A DNA stretch of 64,000 nucleotides. Source: Narcine bancroftii. Lineage: Eukaryota. This document shows positions 42,221 through 54,717 of this stretch, one piece after another; the stretch's first letter is position 1, and each line of letters begins with the position of its first letter. The DNA lies in assembly GCF_036971445.1 (NCBI RefSeq), contig NC_091481.1:12772001-12836000 (forward strand), read 5' to 3'. The position numbers and the translations under genes are program-made. The notes beneath the pieces were generated by a model. It made no database searches. It was given only the letters and a program-made list of their open reading frames with translations, and was not told the DNA's origin.

Positions 42221-43813
42221 CCATCTTCCTCTGCCTGTTGAACTGAGGCAGCTTCCCTGCTTCGCGCCTCCTGGCTTGTGACGCACAATTTTTTACTTTT
42301 GTTTTTGGACTTTTGTAACTTGAGCTGTGAAGAACTTAGAGAGAAGAAAAGCAATGGCAGCCTCATCCAGGACGGAGTTAGTAGTGTGATGGGCTATTGT
42401 GTGCTTGTAATTTTCCCTGTGGCCCAGAGACAAGCACTGTTACAGTAAGATTTCACTTCAATAGTTCATTCAACAGACTGGACCATAATTTTCTTTTTGT
42501 CATCATAATTGTTCGTGGTTAAGTTTTGATTTAAAAATAATTTTGCTGGAGAAATAACTATTTTTGTTCAGTCTAATTGACAAGTATTGTCAGAAGGTGG
42601 ATATGGAAAGAGTGGTTAATATTGTGTCCTTGTCTAAAACACATGCTACAAGAACTCAGCCTGTCTAGTAGCACCTGACATAATATTGGATGATTTTTTT
42701 TCAGCATTTCTGTTTTTGTTTCCAATTCCAGCATGCAGCTTTAAAGTCCTTGTCAATTCATTCCTAGCAGTTAATGCATTACTGCAACTGGTGGAAATTT
42801 TTGTTTAACCACCTGCCTATCGTAAAACGAAAGAAGATCGGGTGAGATGGGATATGGTTATAGGCCTTGAATTGGAGTTGGAAACTTGTTAATAGTTTCT
42901 GCTTTCAGGTTTCCAGAGCTTTGCTGAACTTCCAACATGTGATTCTATTACCATTAAGTATTTGTAGTCACATCTCATAGTTCGTGTGGAAAGGGGGAGT
43001 GTGGATATTCTCTCTACACCTTGCTTAGTTGCACATTATGTAGATGATGTTGTGATGGACCACAAACAAAATGTCAAGGCATGTCCCAGTTTGAACTCTG
43101 GAAAAAATCCATCAGAATTGATTGACATGTGACTTGTTTTTTGTTTGTATAACCTCTTCACCCTTCCCCATTCTTCATCCACCAATCAGCAATCTCCCAC
43201 TCAGTTACAAGCTCAGGTTAAAAGTCAAGGTACTTTGGTGTATTAGCCACAAGTCTAGACTTGACAATCTGGGCAAAGGCCAGGAGGAAGAACTGTAGGC
43301 CAGAAATGTTCATTCCTGATGCTTACTGTTGGATGAAGCTTCACAGAAAGTCTTTTGCATTTCAATGCCTGTAAAAACAAAAAAAAATTTTTTAATGAGG
43401 TGGAGCAGTGGAATAAATGCTTTTGATTTAGAGAATTTTTTGATTTGTCATTGGCCTTTCAGGAAATCCAATCAATTCTTTGGGTTGCTGAGACTATACT
43501 CTGCAAATTTCAAAGCTTATTCAGAAAGTTCTGGAAATTTGATGGAGTTAATGTTGAGAAGCACTTAACACTAAATTGTCTTTCCAGGTTATGTCAGCTC
43601 CAGCTTTGGTGGTTTGCAGACTGATTCCATTTAAATCAATGGTCTTCCTTGGACAATCCACAGGCAGCTTGTGCAGTGGAAGAATATTCCAATAGGGAAA
43701 CTATTTAAGGAAAATGTAGGTTAAACTCCTATAATGTGATGGAGAAAGCAGAGTGTGTATTTTTGTTCACATACTTTGTCCTGTTGCACCTTCAGCGGGA
43801 ATAAAGGTGAATG

Positions 43814-43976
43814 CAGTAAAACCCCTAGTATCTGGCACCTATGGGGATAATTTAATTTTCCATTTGACGAACTAACACCAAGGTGTGCCAATTTTGAATG
43901 CCCACATTTTTTACCTATTTATTTTTTACGATTACTTTGCCAGTTGCTTGAATTCCAGATAACGGGGGTTTTACTG
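43814..43976. mobile_element. Tigger-like MITE
   Basis: TIR CAGTAAAACCCCTAGTATCTGG vs CAGTAAAACCCCCGTTATCTGG. Confidence 0.8.
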
Positions 43977-46900
43977 TATTTTGATCTCCTTCCGACATAA
44001 TTGTCAGTACATTAATCCATTCACTATTCCTTGTACATGGGCAGTTTTGTAGTTATTCTATCTCCCTATGGATAGGGAGTTCTAATTTTTGTGTAAGGCC
44101 TTTAATCCAGAAAAATATATCGGGGTACTATACCAGGAGACAAACCAGATGAAATTTGACATCAACCCTCTTGAGGGTTTTGTGATTGACTTCATTTTTT
44201 AAAAAATTGGTCTTGAAGGAGGTGATGTTTATTGTGTTTGGGGGACGGAGAAATTGCATTCAGACATGCACTGGAAGCCAAACCAGTGAGTTGCAGGGAT
44301 CAAATACGACAAGTTTGAAAAGTTCCAGTGCAGTAATTCAATTTTAAGTCTGAAATGGCTGCAATTGGAGCTTTAGGGCAGTGATATGGGTTAAGGTTCC
44401 AAGAATGGTGGACAAAGGGAGCTCAGTCTGATATTAAAATGCCAGCAGAAAATGTAATAGCTCATCGTGCAATTTAAGAAATTTGGCGATCAGAGAATAA
44501 ACTGCAAAACTTGTGTTAAAACACAAACAATGCTGAATAACTATCACCAGATCTCAGTCTGAAAACTCGGTAAAATGTGCATGTGTGTTTAAGCTGAGTT
44601 GTACCCATCTGATCTGCAGTTGCGTAGAACATGCCATGGCACAATTTTGAAAGACAAGTTTACCTGTATTTTGGATATAATTCAACTAATATCACTTAGT
44701 TTGGTCATTACCTCACAGCTTGTTTCCCAACATAGTTGTACCGAAAGCTCTAGGATGTTCTGGGTTTGTGAAATACATTTGAATCATCTCCTTTTCCACC
44801 TTTTTAATATGAAAGTTTGATGAATTATCTTCAGTCAGATGCTAAAGGACTGTTAACCCCTCTTCCCCAGTGACTCCCTATTCAAATAGCTTCATCTGCA
44901 CTCAACCAGATGAAGCAGATGATCAAAGACCCATGTTTAACATGGGGCCTGTGCAACTATCTGAGAGTTTGGAGTGACACAACATCCTTGGGTTAATGGG
45001 AAGGAATCTGGAGTCCTAGTTTTACAACTTGGAAATGGGCCATTCATCTCAACTTGTCCATGTTGGACCAAGATGTCCCAAATGCCTGTGTTCAGTCCAT
45101 AATTGCTCGATACCTTTCCTATGCATGTACCTGTATGGGGAATGTCAGAACAAATTTTAACCCAGAAGCATGGCAATCAATTTGACCTCTAAGTGGAACT
45201 GGCTCGATGAATTTTCAGCTAAGCAATGCCCATAAAGAAACCATGTTGAGTTATTACCTTTGATTTTCTAATAGCCCTCCAAAATATACCCTTTCAAGAA
45301 TTTGTTTCTACCATCCTTTTAGTACATTCCATGTTGTATCAATTGAGTTTTGTTTTAAAAAGCATTTCCTTGTTTTACCAAATATGTACCTTCAAGGTAT
45401 GATCTGTGCTTAGTGCAAACATTTTCCCATTATTTGCAGCACTTACATTAAATCTTCCAATCTGTATTGTATATGAGAGTGTAACTTAGGAACAAATGGT
45501 TATATATTCTACCAATCACTGCTGTTAATTGACTATCTTCCATAGTGGATATTTGGTAGCTCCTTGCCACTTAGTGAAAAGCAACGCAATGTTGTCAAGG
45601 TAATAATAATGCTACTCAAGGAAGTGGGGTAATAAATTTGAGATGATAACAAGTTCACTGGGGATAATGATAATGAAGCCAGCAGCAGATGTGGTGGGTA
45701 TGTCAGTGCTCTTGAGGACCCAGCAAATTGCTTTGTAAGTGATGTTCCTGAGAATGAACAATATTGAGGTCCAGGGAGGGGAATAAAGCATAGAACCAGC
45801 CTTGTATAGAAAGGGAGATGTAACACTGCTGGTGGTGATGAATTTATTAACAGGATGAAGGCATGTGTTCTCTTAAAAGGAATCCTGAGAATATTAAAGA
45901 GTCACCTTCACTCAGTACTTTAAAACCAGAGGCTATCAAATCTGAACAGATTCATAACTTGACTGGGTTAAGGATCCTGGCAAAGAGGTGTAGTTCAAGA
46001 CACTTGGGTAGGTGCTGTGTGACCACTTGTACACTAGTTAAAGGATTTCGGGTGAAAGTTTGAGCCGGATTGACTTGTAGTGGATGCAGAATTTTTTCTA
46101 CTAAAATGACTCAAGAGAACAAGGCAGTTTTATTTTGGATGTATTTCTGGCGTGCAAATGTTAGCTTCAGGAAAACAGCATTGGTTGCAGCAGAAGATTC
46201 ACCTTTGTCCAAAGGGTATCACGTAAGTGGAATGATGTGTGTCCAATGATATGTAAACCAATGCATAGAAGGGAATTTGTTAATGGTTGATGAATATTCT
46301 GGATGTTGCGTAATGCTTCCAACAGGACTTATTTAATCATATAGAATTGTACCTTGAGACAATCGCATCTAGTGGTTAAAAAAATTCATACAGATTGAAA
46401 GACACTGACCATTTCTACTTATAAGTTTCTAACTGCTGGACATTTCACTTTGGGTATGAGCTGCAACTTTTGTGTCAAAGACAGCCATTGAGAAAAGGGT
46501 GACCAAAAAACTGGATGCCAGAAATCCAGACCACCTGAGAATCTGGACTTGACAACTCTGCTTTTGTGTGTGTGTGTGCGTGCATTGTGTTAGCAAGCGC
46601 TACAGAGGTACTGCTTGACAATCCCGAAAATCCAATCCCCAAGCGGTCCGGAACTTTCACTGTACCTGCAATTTGAGGCTGTTGTGTTTCTTTGCCTGGA
46701 TGAGTAGATGCCAAAGTGGAATCATTCTATGGATTTGCTGTCTCAGCTGCCTTCTGAAGAGGAAACAAAGATCGCTTCATTTCCCAGACTGCAGGCTGTT
46801 CACTTGTCCAGTCCTTCATTTTGTAACATATCCTTTTTTTAAAAAAAAAAATCCTCAGTTTAATGGAGGCCAAATGTTCTGTCCATATGGTGACAGAAAC

Positions 46901-49900
46901 AATGACATAGCAATTACTGTATAATTAATTACCACAGGCATTGATTCTGCTAGTATACAGGCCATGTTATATTTCAACACAGGATAGTCCTGGCTTGTAC
47001 AGTTGACCAAGCTTGAGGCAGGCCAAGTGGAGGGAAATAGGTTCTGGAAGAGGTGACACATATCACATGGTCAGGTGATGAGCAATTTGTAGGCTGGGGC
47101 ATCTGAGCATGCTTGATTACAAAGCTATGGAGGTCTGGTGAAATGAATCCTTAGAGATTTCAGAAGGACTAAATTAGTACTTAAATGCCTGAAAGATTCT
47201 TTTATCAGTCAGGAAGGCCATGCAATCCCAAAGGGACACTGACTGGGAAAGTGAAGCTGGTACTGAATAACAGGAACGGTTCTATGATACAAAATTAAGT
47301 AGGAAAAGAGAAAGGCCAGTTAAGCTTGCTCAATTGTTAAGATCATGTCTGATTTGACTTAACATCAACCCTGATTATCCTCGCCACAGCAGTCTCACCA
47401 TTTTGCTTGTCAATATCTGTTCTGTCTCAATAGGCAATCCTTTTATTTTTAAAAACTGAGCCTTCATGCTTGATTTGCCCATAAGGTAGAGTGCCATCTC
47501 TGGATCCACTTTGAAATCTCTGTTCCTCAGAGGTTTGACAATCAAGTCACCTCATATTCTTTTAAACTCAGCCTGTCTATCATTTCCTTATAAAACAACT
47601 TGCCCATACTCCATATAAAAGCCAAAATGCTTTTCAACTCATTTTTAAACCAAGACCAATGTTGCACAGCAGAGCATCTAATGTAGTCTTACGAAACAAA
47701 AATGAACTGAAGGAATGCAGCAGGTCTGGCAGCATCAATGGAGACAAGTTACAGTCAACTATTCTCTACAGATAGCCCTGGACCCACTGATTTCCTATAG
47801 CAGCTCCAGATTACAGCAGCTGTAGTCTCTTGTGTCCTGTTGTCTCACCAGTGCCTATTTATTTTAGTACTTTATTCTGCATGCAATAAATGGAGGCAAA
47901 GATAATAGCTTTCCTAATTACTTCTGTATACTAGTCTTTTGTGAATCATTGCAGAAGGGCTCCCAGGTCCCTTTGTGTCAGGGCAAGGTATGGGTCAGGA
48001 GGTACATGTGCTCTGAAATCAAGCCTGTCAGAGGAGGTAATCCAGCAGATTTCAGGCGTGGAAATGATCTGAGGTTAAGAAAACTTGTATATCAATTAAA
48101 TACACTATATAACTATGTAAATATATAACCTATTGTATAACCTGTATGTAAATAGTTATTGAATGTATTTCTTCAATACATGTAGATGTGATTTGCTTTG
48201 GTTTGTTATCTCCACTAATACTACATGTGTGAATGTGGGTTTATCTTTAAGAACTGTATGTGATGAGGTTTTGATATACCAGCCACTACTGGTTCTTGAA
48301 TACTGGTAATCTTTAATAAAAGATGTGGTAGTTTGATTCAGTGAACAGCAACATAAAACAACCCATGGAGACCATGCCTGTGCTCTCAGAAAAACAATTT
48401 TCTGCAGCCTTAACCTTTCTGAAAACGTGGTGCCTTAAATTTCACTTTAGCTGTTTGTACCCAGTAAAATAGTGAGATCTTCATTAATTAAAGATAGAAT
48501 AGAACTTACTGCTTGCATCCCCCACTGTATCTTGCTTACATGGAGTGACAAACACAGGAGTTCATTAAACTGTGTCATGGGACTTATTTGACAAGGAATG
48601 TGGTCTTCCCTTAAGATTCCAAAGGTTCATATACAAAGTAGATGTTTGCCTGATTTTAGTCTCCAGCAAGCCGGTGAGCCCCCCAGCTGAATATTGTTGA
48701 GAAATGAAAAAGAACAAGGTTCCCAATGCAAGATTAAAAAGTGCATTGAGAAGGTGGTAAATTTTCAGATTTCATCAAAAGGGAACCTATGAACACAGAT
48801 ACCCACGCTAGCCTTTCATAGGGATGGTACACCAGACAGAATATATTGATCACTGATGAAGATTAATTTGGACAAGCAAAGTGAACAAATAAGGAGAAAC
48901 ATCTTTATCAACTTGCCACAATTTTTCTTCAAAAGATTAGAAGTAACCTGCAAGATTACTCCCAAGCAATGAATAATAAATACCATTAATTTAATATGTT
49001 AAATGTAATATGGTACCTCATGAGAACAATTAAACAGAATTTGAGAACAGCATGACGGAGCTAGTAGCAGGGTGACCAAAACTTATAAATGGCCTGTGTG
49101 AAGTGTCAGTGTGAATCTATATGTTTTGGGAGTGGTGTTGTATGTCCGTGTTTAAACCTTGATGATGGTATCATTTGTCCAATTGCTTATTCACTGTCAA
49201 ATGCACAATCCATTGGATCAGTGTGTGTTTGGCTGAAGCTAATCCCATTATTTAAAATTAGGTCAGGTCCTTGCTTCTTAAAGGAGAACTGTGCAAATTG
49301 CACCTGCAGAATTTCTTTGAAACAAAGTGAACTATCAAGTTTGAATGTTATTTATAATTTGAGCCTCTGATATTTTGATTTCAAAGATATTAAAAATTGT
49401 GTCCTATCTCTACCCTAGCTTTCCCCCACCCAAATATGACTGTCATTGAGTTAATGCAGCACAGAAGCAGGCCCTTTGACCCAAATTATTCAAGCCGAAC
49501 AAGTGGTCTACCTGAGCTAGTTCTATGAAGCCAGTATCTGTTAACCTTTCCTACCCAGGAACCAGTCCTTTAAATTGTGACCTACCTCCACAGCTTTCTC
49601 TGGCAGCTCATCCCATATATCCACTATCCTCTATGGAAAATATTGTCACAAGTCCCTTCTAAGTCTGCCCACTCTCACCTTAAACCTAGCCCCACCATAT
49701 TGAGCCCCCTACCGTGAGAAGAAAGAGACTATTCACTTCCTGATGCCTCATAATTTTATGTACCATTCTTCCAAATGATATCAGAAATATGGAATAATGT
49801 GTCAGAGCATTGATGTAGCATCTATCATGTCAAAGCTTATACCTTCATTGTGCTATATAGTGCCATACTCTCCTCCAGATTTCCTTGTTTTGTTCAGAAC

Positions 49901-50317
49901 CTCCTTGCACCAGAGGCTCCCAGTATCCATTAAAGCAACAGTGACCTAAACATCTGCACACAGTTCAACATCTGATCTCATATTTGTGCACAGACAAGTC
50001 GTTACTAAGAATGAAATGTCTCATGACTTGTTCTGTTTCACTGTTCCCAATGAGAATTTAATAACACGTTATCTACCCATCATTAAGACCACCCATTTCT
50101 ACAAACCAACTTCACTCCTGCCTTCGTGAATCTGCCACTGAAAATTGTCATCTGGACTTCACCATTCCAACTCTTTCATGGTTGGCCTTTCTTCCATGAC
50201 TTGAGGTCATCCAAAAAATTTCTGCCTCTGTCTGAATTCAAAGCCAGAATGCCTTCATTCTCCAAGGCTGTTTTCTTCAGTGAACTTTCCCGTCTCTCTA
50301 CTTTCTTCCTTTATCAT

Positions 50318-50669
50318 GTTTCTCAACCTTTTTCTTTCCACTCACATACCACTTTCAGTAATCCCTAATGCCATAGGTGCTCTGTGATTAGTAAGGGATT
50401 GTTGAAGGTGGTTTATGGGCGGAAAAATGTTTAAAAACCACTGTTATAATTGTACCTAATTGACTCATTATGTGCACAGTTTCATAACTCCAAAAGAAAT
50501 GGGTCGATGACTTTTTTTCAAGCAAAATATTTCAATAACAATTGGGTCGAGAGCAGTTATTCTCAACCTTCCCACTCGTACCACCTTAAGCAATCCCTTA
50601 CTAATCACAGAGCACTTGCGGCATAGGGATTACTTAAAGTGGTATGTGAGTGGAAAGAAAAAGGTTGAC
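50318..50669. mobile_element. hAT MITE, same family as 37552-37895
   Basis: tttctcaacctttttctttccactcacataccactt ... aagtggtatgtgagtggaaagaaaaaggttga. Confidence 0.75.
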
Positions 50670-53379
50670 CCATCTATTTATCCTCACTTTTGTTCATCAG
50701 TCAGATTTCACTTTTTTGTTTTTAAATGTGTTATTCTTCAATCCACACACTTAAAATTAGTTCTGTGTTTAGCTGTTGAAAAGTTAAACTGTGGAGAAAT
50801 GAAACAAATTCTGCCAAATTGACCCTGTGTTTGCCATACGTAAACTCACTTGTGATGAGAACACCACATAGACTATATAGTAACTCCCAACCTTGCCGCT
50901 CTAATAAGTAGAGGCATTCAAAAATCATGAAAGTTATTGATATAAAGAATACGCCAGAATTATTTCTAGAAACAAGCTTGTCAGCAACAAGGGGTCAGAC
51001 TTAAGATAATTAGCAAGAAAGAGACATGCTTTACTGGAGACATGAGATGCTGGCATCAAGAATCAATGTACTGGTGGAACTCTGGGACAGGCAGCACCTT
51101 GGAGGAAAATGGACAGTTAAAGCCTTGGGTTGAATTTGTCTCAAGTCTGGAACCATCTTTTCCACTGTGCAATTTAACATCATCAGGAGCTCATTGCTTG
51201 GGGAGCTGGTGCAAAGAGATTCATAGAAAACTGCAGGCCCTTCAGCTCACGATGTTGTGCTGACTGATTAAAAACCTACTCAACAAACTAAGTCTCTACC
51301 TTACATTCACTAGTAATTTTCATTGGAGCGTTTGACATTTCCTGTAAGTTTTGCAGGGAAAGAAAGCAGAAATGGAACTATTTGTGAGATAGCACAGAAC
51401 ACCTTCCATGTTGTACGATTCTGCATGTCCTTCATGATAGGACTTGATTATTTTCACCTAATTTTCATTTAACTTTCTCCTGTTATCCCACCCCTTAATG
51501 CACACTTCTAATTCCTCTTCCAGTTTTCCTATTTACTATAATCCCACTATATCTTCTTCATACCTTCCCTTACTTTTATCTTCCCTGCTATCCCACAGAA
51601 TTTCCCAGTAACACTCCTGAGATTCTCACTCTATTATTCCTTTTGTATGTGTCTTATGGCCTGTACACTCAACAATCCAAGTAAAAACACAGAAATGTTG
51701 GAGGAACTCAAGCTGGTCTCGCAGCGTCCTTGGAGGTAAAGATATTACCAACACTTCTGGCCTGAGCCCTCCTCAAAATTAGAAAAAGTAGAGGGATGCA
51801 TGCTCAACAATTCAAACTCTTAAAAATATATTATTGCAAGATTGAGTGAGGGATAAAAGTGGTTTGGAAATAGTTTCCATTAAACTGAGTAATTGAAACT
51901 TCCTGCAAAAGTCAGGTTGTAGCAAGATTAAGATGTTACCTATTCTAGTAAACCTCTTGAAATGGAACAGAGTATAAATGTAGAGAGGATGAGCACTAGG
52001 ACCCTGCAGACATTTTATCCTCACAACTGAATCAGTTGTAAGTATCTGGTAAACCAAAGGCACCATCGTTACCCGATACCAGTTGCTTGTGTGAATTGTG
52101 GAGAGTGGTGTAGGCACAGACTTATTGCTGGTCCTTTACCAGAAAACCTATACAGTTGCTTCAGACCAGAAATACAATTGTAAGGATGGGTATGTTTTGA
52201 AACATCCGGAAGCTGGGAGTTGTATGCCGCAGGAGCCTGCAGTTACAACCGGTAAGTCAGACTCTGCATCAATTATCACACCCTTCCTCAGAAAATGGTT
52301 GCTTTCAGAACTTACTCAGTCTACTTTTTAAATATAGTCTGATTTATTCTTCTGTTTAAACATTTTAAAAATATTTTTATTCAAACTTTTGAAAAACTGC
52401 AACCTGTTTAACATGGAGAGAAATTAAACTATTCCTTCTCATCCCTGTCAAGTCAGCTGCTCAAGACAATCTCCTCCATGTAGTTTTCTAGTAACCCCAA
52501 CTCCATGGACCAGTAACTCTCAATTTTACAATTCTAGTTGGTAATCTCTAACCCATGAACTCTAACATAACCTACTGTCCTAGAAACTGAATAAGAAATT
52601 CTTACCCAGCCCTGGTTTCTATCAGAAAATTGTAACTCCACGGATGGTAGTCCTGCCAGCTCTTACTCCAGAACTCAAACCTAAGAGGTTTAACCAGCAA
52701 CTTCCAACACAACGGATTGTAACTTATAAGCCCCAACTCCACCAACTGAAACAAGTCACCAGATACTTACAACTGATTCAATTGTGAGGATAAAATGTCT
52801 GCAGGGTCCTAGTGCTCATCCTCTCTACATCTGTTCCATTTCAAGAGGTTGACTAGAATAGGTAACATCTTAATCTTGCTACAACCTGACTTTTGCAGGG
52901 AGTTTCAATTACTCAGTTTAATGGGGAGGAGTCACGTGATGGAGTAGTGGCCGGTCAGGGAACTCCAGCCCTCTCCGGAAAAGTTTAAAAAAAAACACAA
53001 AACACAAAGGTACAAGAATAAAAATTAAAACAAAGTAAAAGTAAAGGTGGGAAGAAAATGGCAGCGAAGAAAGAAAAGTCGAAAGCAACGGGAAGAAGAG
53101 AAGAAGGTGAAGGCCTTACCTGTCCGAGGAGGCCCACCGCGGAGAGAGAAGCCCGCTCCCTCAGGTCAGTGGAAGTCCTGAGCTCAGGACTATAAAAATG
53201 GCTCGCGGAGCCAAGTAAAAGTGCACAACCGCGCATGAAAAAAAAAAACACTGACAGGAGGGGGGAACAGCTGAGGAGTCGATCTCCACAGCTGAGGATG
53301 ACAGCTGCAACGCAACAGGAAGAGAACACAGAAAACAAAGAGAACAAGAAAGAGAGTAAAAAGAAAACAAAGAAACAAC

Positions 53380-54216
53380 ATGACCAACCCAGAGGAAGAA
53401 GAAGAAGAAGAACATAGAGAAATGGAAGAAGAAGGGAAAGGCAAGACAATGGATATATTTTTTTTTAAAGAATATATGGAATCAGTAAAAGAATGGCAAT
53501 TACAAGAATTTAGTGAAATAAAAAGAAGAATTAAAAGTGCAGAAGAAAAAATGAATAGAATAGAGATGGTCATGTCAGATATAGGAAAAAGAGTGGACAA
53601 GGTGGAAGAACGAGAAACAGCCGTAGAAATGGAAGTAGAGGACTTAAAAGAGAAATTAGAAGAATCTAATAAAAAAGTTAAAGAGACACAAGAGCTGTTA
53701 GCTCAGAAGATATAATGGAAAATTATAATAGAAGAAATAATATAAAGATAGTGGGCCTTAAGGAAGATGAAGAAGGCAAGAATATGAGAGAATTTATAAA
53801 AGATTGGATCCCCAGGGTCCTAGGAAGACCAGAATTACAGGAAGAAATGGAAATAGAAAGGGCACATAGAACATTAGCCCCAAAACCACAGCCACAGCAA
53901 AAACCAAGATCCATTTTAGTAAAATTCTTAAGATATACAACAAGAGAAAATAAGAGAAGACAAAAAGCCACTGGAATACAAAGGTCAAACAATTTTTTTC
54001 TATCCAGACATAAGTTTTGAACTCCTGAAGAAGAGAAAGGAGTTTAATACAGCAAAAATGATCCTATGGAAAAAAGGATATAAATTTATGCTAAAGTACC
54101 CAGTGGTACTTAAAATAGTTATTCCAGGGCAGCAAAACAGACTATTCTCGGATCCGGAGGAAGCACGAAAATTTGCAGAACAACTACAAAACAGGCAGAG
54201 AGATGAAGACATGTAA
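53380..54216 (+). pseudogene. L1 ORF1p, frameshifted; start approximate
   Basis: Coiled-coil region, ENYNRRNNIKIVGL, EIERAHR, PRSILVKFLRY motifs spread over several frames. Confidence 0.85.
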
Positions 54217-54717
54217 CGAGAGTAAAAATGACCATGAACTATATGTATGTGTGTGTGTATATATATAGGTGTGTATGTATATATGTGTGTACATGAGTGT
54301 ATCCGCAATTTAAAGGGAAATATATAGAGTATAGATAAGAATTAATAAGGGAATGAGAGGAAGTAAGGAGGGAATTAAGAGAGTGACCTTTGTTATATAT
54401 GAAAATTGAAATCTTTTCTGGGGGGGGGGGGGCTGGGTGGGGAGGAGTTACAGTCACTGCGAAATCAGTTGACGCTTGCGAGTGAATTCGCAATTCCAAA
54501 TGGAGAGGGGAGATGTGGTTGCCCGACAAGGGATAAAGGGCAACTCAGGAAGGGGAGGGGATAATGGGGTTAAAGAAATTTTAGCTAGGAGAATAAGGGA
54601 AATGTTTGATGTTTTAGAAATGTTGTCTTATAAAGTGTTCAAAACAAGAAAGCAGAAATGGATAAGAAGGAAAGGTGATGATGAGGAAACGGAAAGGAAA
54701 GATAAACAAAGTATGAA

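Noticed and set aside
52165-52251. EGF/sushi-like peptide YNCKDGYVLKHPEAGSC as an exon of a separate gene
   Set aside because: Too short, weak acceptor, no companion exons; kept only as a candidate first exon
52985-53600. Hydrophobic minus-strand ORFs resembling membrane proteins
   Set aside because: Antisense of the A-rich L1 5' region
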